Below the pieces are notes generated by a model. The model did not search any database and had not been told where the DNA came from. It worked only from the letters and a program-made list of their open reading frames with translations. A stretch of DNA of 62,907 bases, the filler included, from Octopus bimaculoides (taxonomy: Eukaryota): NCBI RefSeq assembly GCF_001194135.2. It is 7 parts of 7 records of this genome, joined end to end, with 100 filler letters (N's around TTAATTAATTAA, not from the genome) between each part and the next. Parts side by side here need not be neighbours in the genome. Positions count along the whole stretch, not along the records: positions 11,078 to 24,240 come from NC_069008.1; positions 24,341 to 27,987 come from NW_026388650.1; 5 more parts are not named here. The stretch is one strand, 5' to 3'. Each line of letters starts with the position of its first letter. The first letter of the stretch is position 1. This document shows positions 13,148-25,297 of this stretch, piece by piece. The translations under genes and the position numbers were made by a program.

Positions 13148-14039
13148 AATGTTCCATTTCAGAATTTGTTTATTCTTTTTTGGCATTGATGGAATGGATA
13201 TTGAAATGGATATTGAAATGTAGGAGGGAATTGTAGAGAAATATTGGACATAGTGATTAAGTAACTCTTACCACTGCATTAATATTAAACACTCTGACAT
13301 GAAACGAGAGTGTTTGTTGTGAAAAAAATGAATTAGATACAAACAGATTTATGTCTGATTCATGACAAAAAAACTGTATAAAAAGTTATATTTTCTTGAG
13401 AGAAAATGTGTGAAGAATTCAAATGGAAATGGTTATTCAGATTTTGAGGTCTTTTCAAAAACGATTGCAATGTTATACACTAGTTTTCTTTATGTAACTA
13501 GGATTGTGCCCTATAATGGCCAGACTGACTGAAATTGTTAATAGAATACTTGAGAAGAGAATAATAGAATAACATTTACTGTATAAAAATTTTTAAGGTC
13601 TTTTGAAAATAAATTGGTAAATATTTTTCTTTCTCAAAACTATTTGTCAGGCACCCAAGTCACATTGTGGGACATAGAAATCTGTAGTTTTATGATGAGC
13701 ACAAGGTATTTGAAACGGATGTATCTGAACAGGAAAAGGCTTCAACTAATAATACAGCCAAAGAAAGAATTCTGCTACAAAAGTGAAGTTGAATTGGACA
13801 ATGGAGACAAACCAAAAACTGATAGATCTCTTATACGATTGCAAAGTTTGAAGGTAAGTAAATTAAAATAAATACACACTCACATAGAAATGGACACACT
13901 CACACACACACACATACATGCACACACACATACAGGCAGACATACACATACACAAATATGCACACACATACACATATGCTTCTACAATTGTGTTATGAAA
14001 AATTATACTTTTCAAAAAATACTGACACAGGTATTTAAT

Positions 14040-15290
14040 AAGCACATAAAAAGCACCATCCAAACGTGGTCGATTCCAGGATCGCCTGACTGGTTTCCGT
14101 GCAGGTGGCACGTAAAAAGCTCCAACTGAACGTGGCCAATGCCAGTGCCCCATGACAGTCTATTGTGCTGGTGGCATGTAAAAAGCATCCAAACAAGGCG
14201 AATCCCAGTGCCCCTTAAGTGGCCCCCGTGTCGGTGGCACGTATAAAGCACTATCCAAATGTCATCAATGCCATGATGATGTGGTAGTGGAACAGGGAAG
14301 TAGACAGAGCAATACAAATGAAGAGATAGATAGCCTTGGAAGATTTGGAAAAAATGGGGGCAGCAGAGAAGTTTACCAGGTATCCAGAAGAGAAGCTAGG
14401 AGACAGATCTACTGAGGGGAGGAATTGAGGTTTGCCAATGTTCTATAGAGTGAGAATCAATGGCATGAAGTGTTCAAGATGGCAAGGCAGTGTGGATGAA
14501 ATTACTGGACCAGGTTATAAAAGTCATTGAAAGAGTCATAGGTTAAGAATTTGCTTGTAGCAGATAAGCAGGAGTAAAAAAAAAAAAAAAAGAAAAGAAA
14601 AGAAATAAATACCTAGAATGCTCTGGTGGCTCCCTAGAAAGAGTAGATAGTCTTTGTTACCTAAAGTGACCTAATGAGCAGTGGAGGAGGATGTTCTGAA
14701 AGTTTAGCTGCTGGCATCAGAACCTTTAGCCTTATAACAATTGACTATAATGCTGTTATGCAAGTCATTGAATAGGATAACATGCTAGATAACCTGATTA
14801 ACTATATGGACGGTTAGGGTGTATCCTTATCCACCAGATATTTTAAGCATCTCTGAGTGAAAAGCAGAGTGTACAATGCCTACATACAAACAGCAATGCT
14901 ACATGGTTGTGAAACTTGAGCTATAAATGAAGAGTACATGTGAAGGCGAGAAAGAAATGTAACCAACATGCTTCAATGGATGTACAACATCAATGTGTGT
15001 GTATGGCAAGGTACAAAATGTGCTAAGAGAAAAATTGGGCAAAAGAGGCATCATATGTTGTGTACAAGACAGAAGATTGTGCTAGTATTGTCACGTGATG
15101 CAGATGGATGAAGATAGCTGTGTAACGAATTGCCAATCAATAAATGTGGAAGGAGCATGTGGAAAAGGGAGATCAAGGAAGACATGGGATAAAGTGATGA
15201 AGACTGACCTCAAGATGTTAAGCCTCTCAGAGGAGATGGGGTGGGGGTCATATACTGTGCTTGAAAAGACCCATTCATCTCAGTAAAATT
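14040..15290 (+). mobile_element. Fragmented RTE-clade LINE (3'-UTR repeats plus deleted ORF pieces)
   Basis: ~60-bp UTR repeats at 14040-14275; WWNREVDRAI...RFANV at 14280-14500; RVDSLCY, AMLHGCET and MDEDSCV...GKGRSRKTWDKV at 14640-15290. Confidence 0.82.
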
Positions 15291-16207
15291 GCAGTTGTGT
15301 CAAACTTTCCCCTGCATCTCATCTTCTGCAGTACCCTTTCTTTCATCACAGTACCCTATTTTATTCTTTTACTTCCCCTCTGCTGAATTGATATTCTCTG
15401 CATCAAACTGATTCCCTATCAATAATCGATTCTCTCACCATTCTTGCTTTAGCACACTCAAATATTTCACTTTGCTGTTCTGTTCCTTTATTCTATTCTG
15501 CCTTTCATATTCGTTTTCTATCTTCACCTCACATCTCTCTCTCTCTCTCTCTCTCTCTTTCCACATGGGCAAACCATGTATTCACCTTCAGTAAGATACC
15601 TGCTCCAGTTCCTTTATCTTATTTTCTTATCCTTCACTCAGTTGAGGGGTTTTGTCTTTTCGATACTTAAGAGAGACGATTGCACTGATATGGTCACTTG
15701 GCGAGAATGGATGAGGATAGCTGTGTGAAAAAGTACCACAGTCTGTGCCTTCCCAACAAGCTTCCCCACAACAGCTGTCAACCTTTTCGCTAGCAACTTG
15801 GCCAAAATCTTTAACTCTACGTTGAGTAGAGTTATGGGCCGATAGTCAAGAATTGGCTCTTTTCAGACTTGCTTTGCCACTAGTATTTATGTTTTTGTCA
15901 TCCAAATAATTGGATGATTTAGCAATTCGTTAATGTGTGTATATAAAATTTATATAAACAGCAGTTTGTAATGTTTCACCAAAAAGGAGAATTATAAATG
16001 TCACTAAATGTGACTAGGGTGTTAGGAAACACCTGCACTATGTAACTTCATTTCCATGTCATTTCCAAATTTCTGTGAGAGTGAATTGTGCCATGGTGCT
16101 GTTTTTCTCACAGACACTTCCCAACTGACCCTACTATACTGTGTAGTTGACAAAATCAAAAACAAACAATGTGAATGCGTGAAATTAAAAAATTAAAAAT
16201 ATAAAAT

Positions 16208-16230
16208 GGCAACAATTTATTCATCGCACC

Positions 16231-16235
<5 letters not shown>
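16208..16235. mobile_element. Possible isolated Tc1/mariner-superfamily terminal inverted repeat
   Basis: GGCAACAATTTATTCATCGCACCCTG followed by TA and (TA)n, i.e. a TA|CAGGGTG-type end; partner TIR not found. Confidence 0.4.
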
Positions 16236-16274
<39 letters not shown>

Positions 16275-16957
16275 TTGATCAGCTGGCTTTATTTGCATTA
16301 ATATTTGAATATACAATTGCATTATATAATTTTGAGCACAGGTATTAATACAAACATGCATGCTTATTTCTTGCACACTAAAATTAATGCTACATCAAGA
16401 AGTTTGTGAAACATCTGTAATGCTAGAAAAATCACATGGCTAAATAAACCTATAATTATTTCTCCTACTGTTTGATTTCATGTTTTTAAATAGTCTCACA
16501 GAATAATTTTATCACACAGATTTTCTGAATTTTCAGTTACACAAACACTTTACATTACACAACTTGTAATTGATTATTATGTGGAGTGGTAGCCAAAACC
16601 ACAAGAGCAGCTTACTATGATACCAACAAGATTCAACTGAGTCTGTAACCAGATTATTTGCCAACAACTTGCAAATACAAACACTACCAGTTGAGAGCTA
16701 TGCATACCAGACCCTAGCAGGCTTATGGGATCATCAGGAAAGAATGTACCCTTATTTCAAGGTCTTACTTTTGATGCCCTTATTGTGCACTGGCCCACCT
16801 CACTGAGATGAGGCCCCACTTGCTGGATCAACTGGTTACTAGGCTTCACTCAATGTTCTAGATATTGCTTATCATCTTTCTTTTAGCTGAATTTAGTGGC
16901 TTGTCTTCAATAATGTGTTCTGGATAGCTCTCAGGATGGTATTTGCCCTAATATATA

Positions 16958-18020
16958 TCATCATCATCATCGTCATTTAACGTCCACTTTCCTTGCTGGC
17001 ATGGGTTGGACGGTTTGACTGAGAACTGGCATGCAAGAAGGCTGCACCATGCTCCAATCTGATCTGGCAAAGTTTCTACTGCTGGATGCCCTTCCCAATA
17101 GAAACCACTCTGAGTGTGTAGTGGGTGCTTTTACGTGCCACTAGCATGAGCGCCAGTCAGGCGGTACTGGCATTGACCACACTCAAATTGTGCTTTTTAT
17201 GTGCCATCAGCACAGGAGTCAATCAGGCGACACTGGCAACGATTGTGCTTGAATAGTGCTTTTAATGTGCTACTGACATAGGTGCCAATCAGGCGGGACT
17301 GTCATCGGCCACAACAACAATTTTACTTTCCTCAACATGTCCTCACAAGCACAGTTTATTGCCCAATAATTGAAGGGTGCTGTTAAATGGGCTGGTTACG
17401 CTGCACTAGCATAGGCCACAGTTACGGTCGCACTTGGCTTGCAGGGTCTTCTCAAGCACAGCATATCTCCAAAGGTCTCGGTCACTTGTCATTGCCTCAG
17501 TGAGGCCCAATGTTTGATGGTCGTGCTTCACCTCCTCATTCCAGGTCTTTTTGGGTCTACCTCTTCCACAGGTTCCCTCTACTGTTAAGGTGTGACACTT
17601 TTTCACACAGCTGTCCTCCTTCATTTGCAACACATGACCATACCAGCACAGTTGTGTGTCTTGCACACCACTTCTGATGCTTCTTATGCCTAACTTTTCT
17701 CTCAGGGCACTTACACTGTCATGTATGCACACTGACATTACACATCCAACAGAGCATACTGGCTTCATTCCTTGCAAGCTTACGCATGTCTTTAGCAGTT
17801 ACTGTCCATGTTTCACTGCCATGTAGCATGGCTGTTTGCACACATGCATCATACAGTCTACCTTTTACTCTGAGCAAGAGGCCCTTTGTCACCAGCAGAG
17901 GTAGGAGCTCTCTGAACTTTACCCAGGCTATTCTTATTCTAGCAGCTACACTTTCAGAGCATCTACCCCTGCTACTGACTTGGTCCCCTACGTAACAGAA
18001 GCTATCAACTACTTGTAGTT
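16958..18020 (-). mobile_element. 5'-truncated RTE-clade LINE with intact 3' end
   Basis: (CAT)n tail plus CGTCATTTAACGTCC terminus, UTR repeats, and ORF VVDSFCYVGD..SSRGRCSES..ARIRIAWVKFRELLPLL...WYGHVLQM...RGRPKKTW. Confidence 0.93.
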
Positions 18021-19300
18021 TTTCCCCCTGGAATGTGACAAAAGCTGTTTTCTGTGCAGACAGAAATATTGGGATATATGCATTTATTTATTTACCATAG
18101 GCTTATGCCTGTTTCAGAAATGCATTTGGCTGTGTTCCTGGTTTGATCAAATCAATCGATTGATCAACAGAAAATATAGAGAACCACTACCCAAACCTAG
18201 CTTCTTCAGAACTGAAACAAACCCATTCCCAAAGAAAAAGAAAATGGTAAAAAAACAGAAAGGATTTGGTCAGTGTGACATTGTTATAGAATTAGATCAT
18301 CTCTTTTAAGCCATCACCCTTGAGCCATTGTTCACTTTTGCCATGGGTGAAAAGCATTGACATCCAGTAAAGAAATTTGATACCCTACTACCTTCTATTA
18401 ATCAGTGGCAGACTGTTGGCAGTTACTACAAATATACAAACCAAAAGGCAGCTACACAACTATGAATTATTTTATATTTGAAATACGAAAATCTATTTAT
18501 TTGCCACAAATTCATATGAATATAAACAGTCAACTGTAAAACTAGTAATCAGTTAAAACTAGTAATCAGGCATCATATATAAACTATTGTATTTGAAATG
18601 AAGTATCAATAAAATTAAGACGCCAATAGAATACTAAATTATAAGAGTAAGGCACCATTGGTTAAGCTGCAATAGTGTGGTTAAGATATAATTCTTAAAG
18701 AGGGAAATAGAGTAAATGATGCAAGTACAAAGTGAAGAAGATGAAACAAAAACAGAATAAAAATCAAAATGGAAATATAAAGAGATATCGGGAAAATAAA
18801 ATGGATATCTTCTTGTACGCATGATAAATAGAGAGAAGGAAAAATGAATAGAAACCTTCTGTAACTCAAGCAATTAAGAAATTGGACAATTAGCATGAAT
18901 TTTAAAAAATGATATTATCTCTAAACTGTTAGACTAGGAAGGTATTCAGGTGTTACTATATACAGGTGTTCAAATGGTTAATTATCCAGGGAATTGTCTA
19001 AAGGTTTTGTTAAAAAAATGTTTACACCTTACTACTAGTTGCTGTCTTTTATTCAGAATATTATAGTTTGATATAAGGATTAACAATGACTCTTCTAGGC
19101 AAAGTTCACATCTAGTTTTCCTTATGTTGTAAGGTGGTGCACTGCTCAATATTAACCATTCAATATTATACTTTGTTTTGTTATCTTTTAGCTCCCAGAT
19201 TAGCCAGCTTAATGAGGCTGAGTTTTCCTTATTCCTATGGTTAAATAATGAGATGTGGCTATAATATTAAGATTTTAATTTGATTACAAAACAGATTGTT

Positions 19301-19400
19301 ATCATCATCATCATCATCGTTTAACGTCCGTTTCCATGCTGGCATGGGTTGGACAGTTTGACTGGGGACTGGTGAGCCAGATGGCTGCACAGGAGTCTGC
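19301..19400 (-). mobile_element. Short RTE 3'-terminal fragment
   Basis: (CAT)nCGTTTAACGTCCGTTTCCATGCTGGCATGGGTTGGAC matches the terminus at 16958 and 19984. Confidence 0.85.
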
Positions 19401-19449
19401 TGTCAGCAGTCTCACAGGGTTCCTTTCTGCACAGTGTAAGTTTTGATAA

Positions 19450-19983
19450 TTGGTTGTTAATTATCATGGGAAACATTCAACATCCAAGTATCAATCTCAA
19501 AATCCTAGCTGGTCCCAGCAGAGCAGTTCTTTGGAATTATAAAATTTCAAAAGAGAGAAATGAAGAAAATGGATACCAAGACCAGAAAAATGTTGACAAT
19601 ACATGGAGTTTTCCACCCCAAGAGTAACACCGAAAGGGTTGGAGAGGTTTGATCAGTTGCCAAGACTGTATCGAAGCAGAGGAAAACAGCCTAGGTTGGT
19701 ATATAAAAAATGCTGTGGAGCCACTGTTGAAACATAGGAAGAAGGCTGGCGTCAACAACACTGAAAATTGTGTAACTAAAGAGAAATTTGAATAAGAAAT
19801 GAACAAAACAAAAGAAAAAGCATGGAAGGAAAAGAAAATGTATGGTCAGTTTGCAAGAGATGTGAATGCCAAGACAGATACAGAGGACCAATGGCTATGG
19901 CTGAGGACGAATAACCTGGAGAGAGAGAGAGACACACAAGCACTCATATGCACATCTCACGAACAAGCATTAAGGACCAATTA
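19450..19983 (+). mobile_element. R4/Dong-like RLE retrotransposon fragment (post-RT region)
   Basis: MDTKTRKMLTIHGVFHPKSNTER and AWKEKKMYGQFAR...WLWL...HEQALRTNY; ends abruptly at the tail of the adjacent RTE. Confidence 0.8.
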
Positions 19984-22745
19984 TATCATCATCATCATCA
20001 TCGTTTAACATCCGTTTTCCATGCCGGCATGGGTTGATGGTTTGACTGAGGTCTGGAGAGCCAGTGACTGCACCAGCCTTCAGTCTGATCTGGCAAAGTT
20101 TCTACAGCTGGATGCCCTTCCTAATGCCAACCACTCTGAGAGTGTAGTGGGTGCTTTTTACATGCCACCGGCACAGGAGCCAGTCAAGTGAGCCTGGCAT
20201 CGATCACATTCGGATAGTGCTTTTTACGTGCCACTGGCTTAGGGGCCAGTTGGGGTACTGGCATTGGCCATGTTTGGATGGCACTTTTTACATGCCACCA
20301 GCACAGGGGCTGGTCAGGCAGTCCTGGCATTGATCACTTCCAGATAGTGCTTTTTACATGCTACTGGCATGGGAGCCAGTCATGGGGTACTGGCATCAGC
20401 CACGTCCAGATAGAATCTATTAACTACTTCTAGTTTCTTCCCCTGGTATGTGATAGAATCTGTTTCCTGTACATCTTCAGTATTTATTGCCCCTGTACAT
20501 CTCCCACACATGGAAACTATCTTCCCGGTTAACCTTCCTTTGATATTGCTGCACCTTTTAGGTGTCCATAGCTTACACTGAGTACATCGTATGGAGTTTC
20601 TACCCATGCCTTTTCTACAGATCAAGCAGGGCCATCTACTTAAAGGGGTTTGTGATTTGACAGCCTTCCTACTTATTAAGACTTTGGTTTTTGCTAAGTA
20701 AACTCTAAGGCCTTTCAATTCTAGACCTTGCTGCCACACTCTAAACTTCATCTCTAGTTCTGGCAGTGACTTGGCTATTAGTGCAAGGTCTTCAGCATAG
20801 AGGAGCTCTCAGGGGCAGCCTGTCTTGAATTCCTCTGTTATTGCCAGGAGGACTATAATAAGAGGGGGCTGAGGACTGATCCTTGGTGAACGCCTACTTC
20901 TACTTGGAATTCTTCACCATTCTCCTTCTTGACCCTCACCTTACTGAAAGCATCCCTGTACAGGGCTTGTACAGCTCTTAGCAACCATTCGTGTATCCCC
21001 AGTTTTTGCATTGACCACCAGCTAAGGGATCGGGGGACCCTTTCAAAGGCTTTCTGAAAGTCAACAAAAGCTGAGTACAGACATTTATCTTTAGCTAGAT
21101 ATTTCTCCTGCAGTTGCCTTACCAGAAATATAGCATCAGTAGTGCTTCTGTCTGGCACAAAACCAAACTGTGTCTCATCCAGGCTAACTGTCTCCCTAAT
21201 TATTTGGGCTATGACCCTTTCTGTAACTTTCATCACCTGACCCAGTAATTTGAGAACCCGTAGTTATTTCTATCTAAAGCATCACATTTACCCTTGTAGC
21301 ATTTGACTATGGTGCTGCTACACTAGTCATTGGATATAACTCCTTCATGAACTGCCTGATTTATGATGTGGATGACAGGACCATAACCCACACTGCCCAA
21401 TATTTTAAGCATCTCGGCGGTGATTCCTGATGGGCCAGCTGCTTTCCCTGTCTTCATATCTTTAATTGCTTTATCTACCAGGGTACTGTTGATTTAGGTA
21501 GCTGGTCCCTCAATTGAGTCAACCTTTGGCAGACTCTCCTCCTCCCATTCATTCTCCACATTCAGCAGTCTTCCATAATGGCATCTCCAAGCCTCTTTCT
21601 TTGCAGAATCATTAAACACAAGGGCACCATCATCCATGCGGACACATTTCTTCGTATGACATCATGATTTTCTCTCACACACTTTGGAAGTAATCCAAAA
21701 TACTTCAGTTCTTTGGTCCTCACATTGCTGAACATTGGCAAACTTCTTCTTCTCTGCTACTCCCTTGGCTATATATACCTGTCTTCTACCTTCCCTTTTG
21801 GCTATCTAATACATTCTCCTGCTACTCCCACTCTTCCACGCCATCCAAACCAGTCTCTTTGCTCTGATGGCCCTGTCTACAGTATTGTTCCACCAGCATG
21901 TTACCCTAGGTCTGGAAGGGACTTTGCACCAGCAACAGATTTGGTCTGTGGCACTCAGCAAGCTGTCTCACAGGAATTCCCAGCTGCCTTCTATGTCACC
22001 GGACTGTAGCTCCTCCTCCCTATCATCAAATTTCTTTGTATTTAAGAGCAACCATGCATCTCACTGTCTGGTGAGAATGAAATCGATCTGGCTAGCAGAA
22101 TCACCTGATTGATAGGTTATCAGGTGGCTGGCTGGCTTCCGGAAGTTGGTGTTGCAGATCAGTAGATTATTTGCATCACAGAACTCCAGGATCCAATTTC
22201 CTTCTTCATTTCTGGTACCAACTCGATGGCCCCTATGTACAACGTAGAAGACCCCACGTTGCTGTCCAACATGCCCATTCAAATCTCCAGCCACAAAGAT
22301 GAGATTATTGTCACTCGTCTTTGAGGTAGCCTGCTGAAGAATATCGTAAAATTGATCCTGCTTGTAGGGAGTAGGCAGAGATAATTGTAGCTATACCATT
22401 CTGCAAGACTGGCCTGAGTTTTAAGTACTCTATCGCACACCCTCACTACCTCTATGACCTTTTTCACCCATTTCTTTGCAAGGAGTATGCCCACACCCCC
22501 TATTCCGTCACTATTACCTTCCCAGAAGATTTTATACCTATGTACCTTGCCTGTGAGGACCCTGGCTGAAGCTCCTATCCACCTTACCTCTTGTATGCAA
22601 CATACATCAACATGTCTCCATTCAAGCATCTCTACAATCTCACTAGCCCTACCTTTCAATGTACCTAAATTTACTGTGCCAACTCTGAAAACTGGGAAAG
22701 CAATGTGGATGGTAACACAGGAAGGAGAGATGTTATTCAGCACCT
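19984..22745 (-). mobile_element. Near-full-length RTE-clade LINE (APE + RT + PHD-like finger), frameshifted, with a C-terminal deletion
   Basis: APE: RVGTVNLGTLKG, VCCIQEVRW, GGVGILL, AGDLNGHVG, SQIDFIL. RT: QFGFVPDRSTTDAIF, AFVDFQKAF, VGVHQGSVLSPLL. (CAT)n tail and UTR repeats at 19984-20410; the ORF jumps from LEVVNRF directly into the UTR. Confidence 0.96.
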
Positions 22746-23598
22746 GAAAAGAAGGTTCCTATAATCGTTTGGTAACAGTCGTCATGATAGCTACTGTCAT
22801 TCAAACATGTTAGAATTGTTAAGATTGTTGCCTCTACAGGAGGATGAGAGTTAAGAATCATTGTATATGAAAGGGTTTGAGCCATTGTAAATATAAGCAT
22901 TATGAGCATTGTGGGTGAAAGCATTACTGATGCCGCATATATAAATGTAAAAAAAAAAGTGGGTAAGTGGGGTGCTATCTCGCTTAGTTAGCCTAGAGAG
23001 AAAGGAAAGGGTGGCAAGATTACCAGTATAAGGGGAGAGAGGGGAAGGGCAATTGGATGTCAGGTAAGAGAAAGGTCTCCAGTATTGATGGTGGGGTGGG
23101 AAAGGGTGGGCACAACCACGACACGACAGAGCAGACAAGTAAGAATTCTTAAAGAGGAAAGTATGAAATACGTATATACATGTAGCCAAGAAACAAGGTT
23201 AGTCATTTTAGGAGCAGAACAGACAAGAAAGAATTATTTTAGAGAATAGATGAGTTTGATAGAATGAGGCAATTATTAAAAAAAACAAGAGAAATTCTTA
23301 GCTGTGCATATATTCGAGTGTCATCAAACAACCAAACATATGGAATAAACTAACGAAAGTCTGAGAGAGAGGGAGGAACAGGTGTGGAGGTGACAGCCAG
23401 AAATGGATGAAGATGGCAGACTTTGCCCTAAGCTGGTAAAAGAAATAGCAGCTTCTTTTGTTTGTTTAATTTTATAAGTTGTTTTCTCTTTTTTCCCACT
23501 TATTTTTTTAATCTTTAAATACTCTCCTTCAAACACTCATATGTCAAATTCTTTGGGAGTAACCAGCATTATTATTATCATCGTCATTATCATTATCA

Positions 23599-23642
<44 letters not shown>

Positions 23643-23649
23643 GCTACAA

Positions 23650-24240
23650 TTTTTGGTACTGTTCAGGCATTGTTAAGCATGAACTGTCTAAGTTGATGGG
23701 CATTGTAGGCCCATCACCATCCTCCTCCTCCTCCTCATCACCATGAAACTATTTTTAAATACTGCACTGATGTTATTCAGCTTCTTTGTTGTTGAATATA
23801 CAAACTTAACTGAATTGTTATTAAACAATTTTCCATATGGGCTTGGTGGTTAGAACTGGTTTTCTAAGGCCATGAAGAATTGTCTCAGGATATTGGTGGT
23901 GATTTGGAATCTGAACGCTGCATTATATTAGACTGCTTGCTTTAATTTATCACTCTGTTTCTTAGAATTACTACATTTTTCGCTATTCCTCTTTATGCTT
24001 TTGTCGTGGCTAGTCAGCTTGTATTAAAAATAATCTTATGTGGGCGATTATCACACACCACGCTTCTTATCTTCCACCTCTTGCTGGTGATTAACATTAT
24101 GCCTAATGTATTTGGGAGGTTGTGAAGATTTATCAGTCAATTAACTTGAACTAATGTTACTCGGATGTCTCTTACTTTTATGTCTGTTTCCCATATCTTT
24201 CTTTCTGTTGGTTAAGGGTGTTTCTGTGTCTATTGTCCCA
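23650..24240 (-). mobile_element. Penelope-like element remnant (RT-thumb region)
   Basis: FQITTNILRQFFMALENQF*PPSPYGKLFNNNSVKFVYSTTKKLNNI matches the V.TNIG..F..L...FP....K.FN.N..K.SYS pattern seen at 26620-26770. Confidence 0.55.
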
Positions 24241-24340
24241 NNNNNNNNNNNNNNNNNNNNNNNNNNNNNNNNNNNNNNNNNNNNTTAATTAATTAANNNN
24301 NNNNNNNNNNNNNNNNNNNNNNNNNNNNNNNNNNNNNNNN

Positions 24341-24720
24341 CACCAATTAATTTAAACTTTTGAAGCAATGAGTTGTCAGGCTTTGATGTACATATTGGTA
24401 TGTTTGATATAAGACCGTCCGGTATAACTTTTTCTTGTTTGCATCTTTCCAGAAAGGATAGGTGGCTCTTGATTTTAGCACGAAAACGATTAAGTTTTTT
24501 CACTGACAGAAATGTCGATTTCTCAATTTCTGATTCATATTTGAATGGTACGAAGTCCATTGGTCCAGGATTGGGTTCAACACTGGGGTCTAGCGAAACT
24601 AACAGGGCTGATAAGCCAACTGTGAGAAGGAATAAAACGCAAAAGCTGTAATTTACATTACGATTTTCCTTAGACACCCGGCTGCTTTGGTGACTTCTAG
24701 AATTTCTGTATGTTCCAATT
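24341..24720 (-). mobile_element. Penelope-like element N-terminal ORF fragment preceded by a 2A-like peptide
   Basis: Open frame ...LLVSLDPSVEPNPGP-MDFVPF...KIKSHLSFLERCKQEKVIPDGL; H..FL..C....IP.GL is characteristic of PLE N-termini; truncated by a gap. Confidence 0.62.
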
Positions 24721-24769
24721 CTTATTCTGTGTACCATAAAATCAAGCATCTCAATCTACTTGATTTTTA

Positions 24770-24860
<91 letters not shown>

Positions 24861-24863
<3 letters not shown>

Positions 24864-25182
24864 ACACTTCCAATCAATTAAGATCAGAAGCCATGAGAGC
24901 CACTGCTTGGTACTGCATCCGGGCATAGAATTCCCCTCAACACATGGTTATGATGCTCCCCGACTATTTTCTGTTCGTGATCAGAGATGCTCATATCGTC
25001 AGCCACTAAAGGACATGCTCAACTGGTTAAGGTCAAACAACTGACAAGCAAATTTGTGGTATTGAGCAGAATATTTGCTGTAGCCCATCTTTTATACCAA
25101 GACAAAACAATGTACATGATAACACTTCCAATCAATTAAGATCAGAAGCCATGAAAGCCACTGTCTGGTACTGCATCTGGGC

Positions 25183-25184
<2 letters not shown>
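24861..25184 (-). mobile_element. Unclassified interspersed repeat ('family X') with 66-bp direct repeats, embedded in (TTA)n
   Basis: 24861-24926 matches 25119-25184; the internal part is the reverse complement of 42890-43045. Confidence 0.8.
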
Positions 25185-25239
<55 letters not shown>

Positions 25240-25297
25240 CATCATCATCGTCGTCGTCGTGGTTGTTGTTGTTGTTGTTGTTGTTGTTGTTATATAA

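Noticed and set aside
20150-20409. Regularly spaced repeats as a CRISPR-like array
   Set aside because: Eukaryotic context; the 'spacers' are homologous to each other and the array lies in a LINE 3' UTR.
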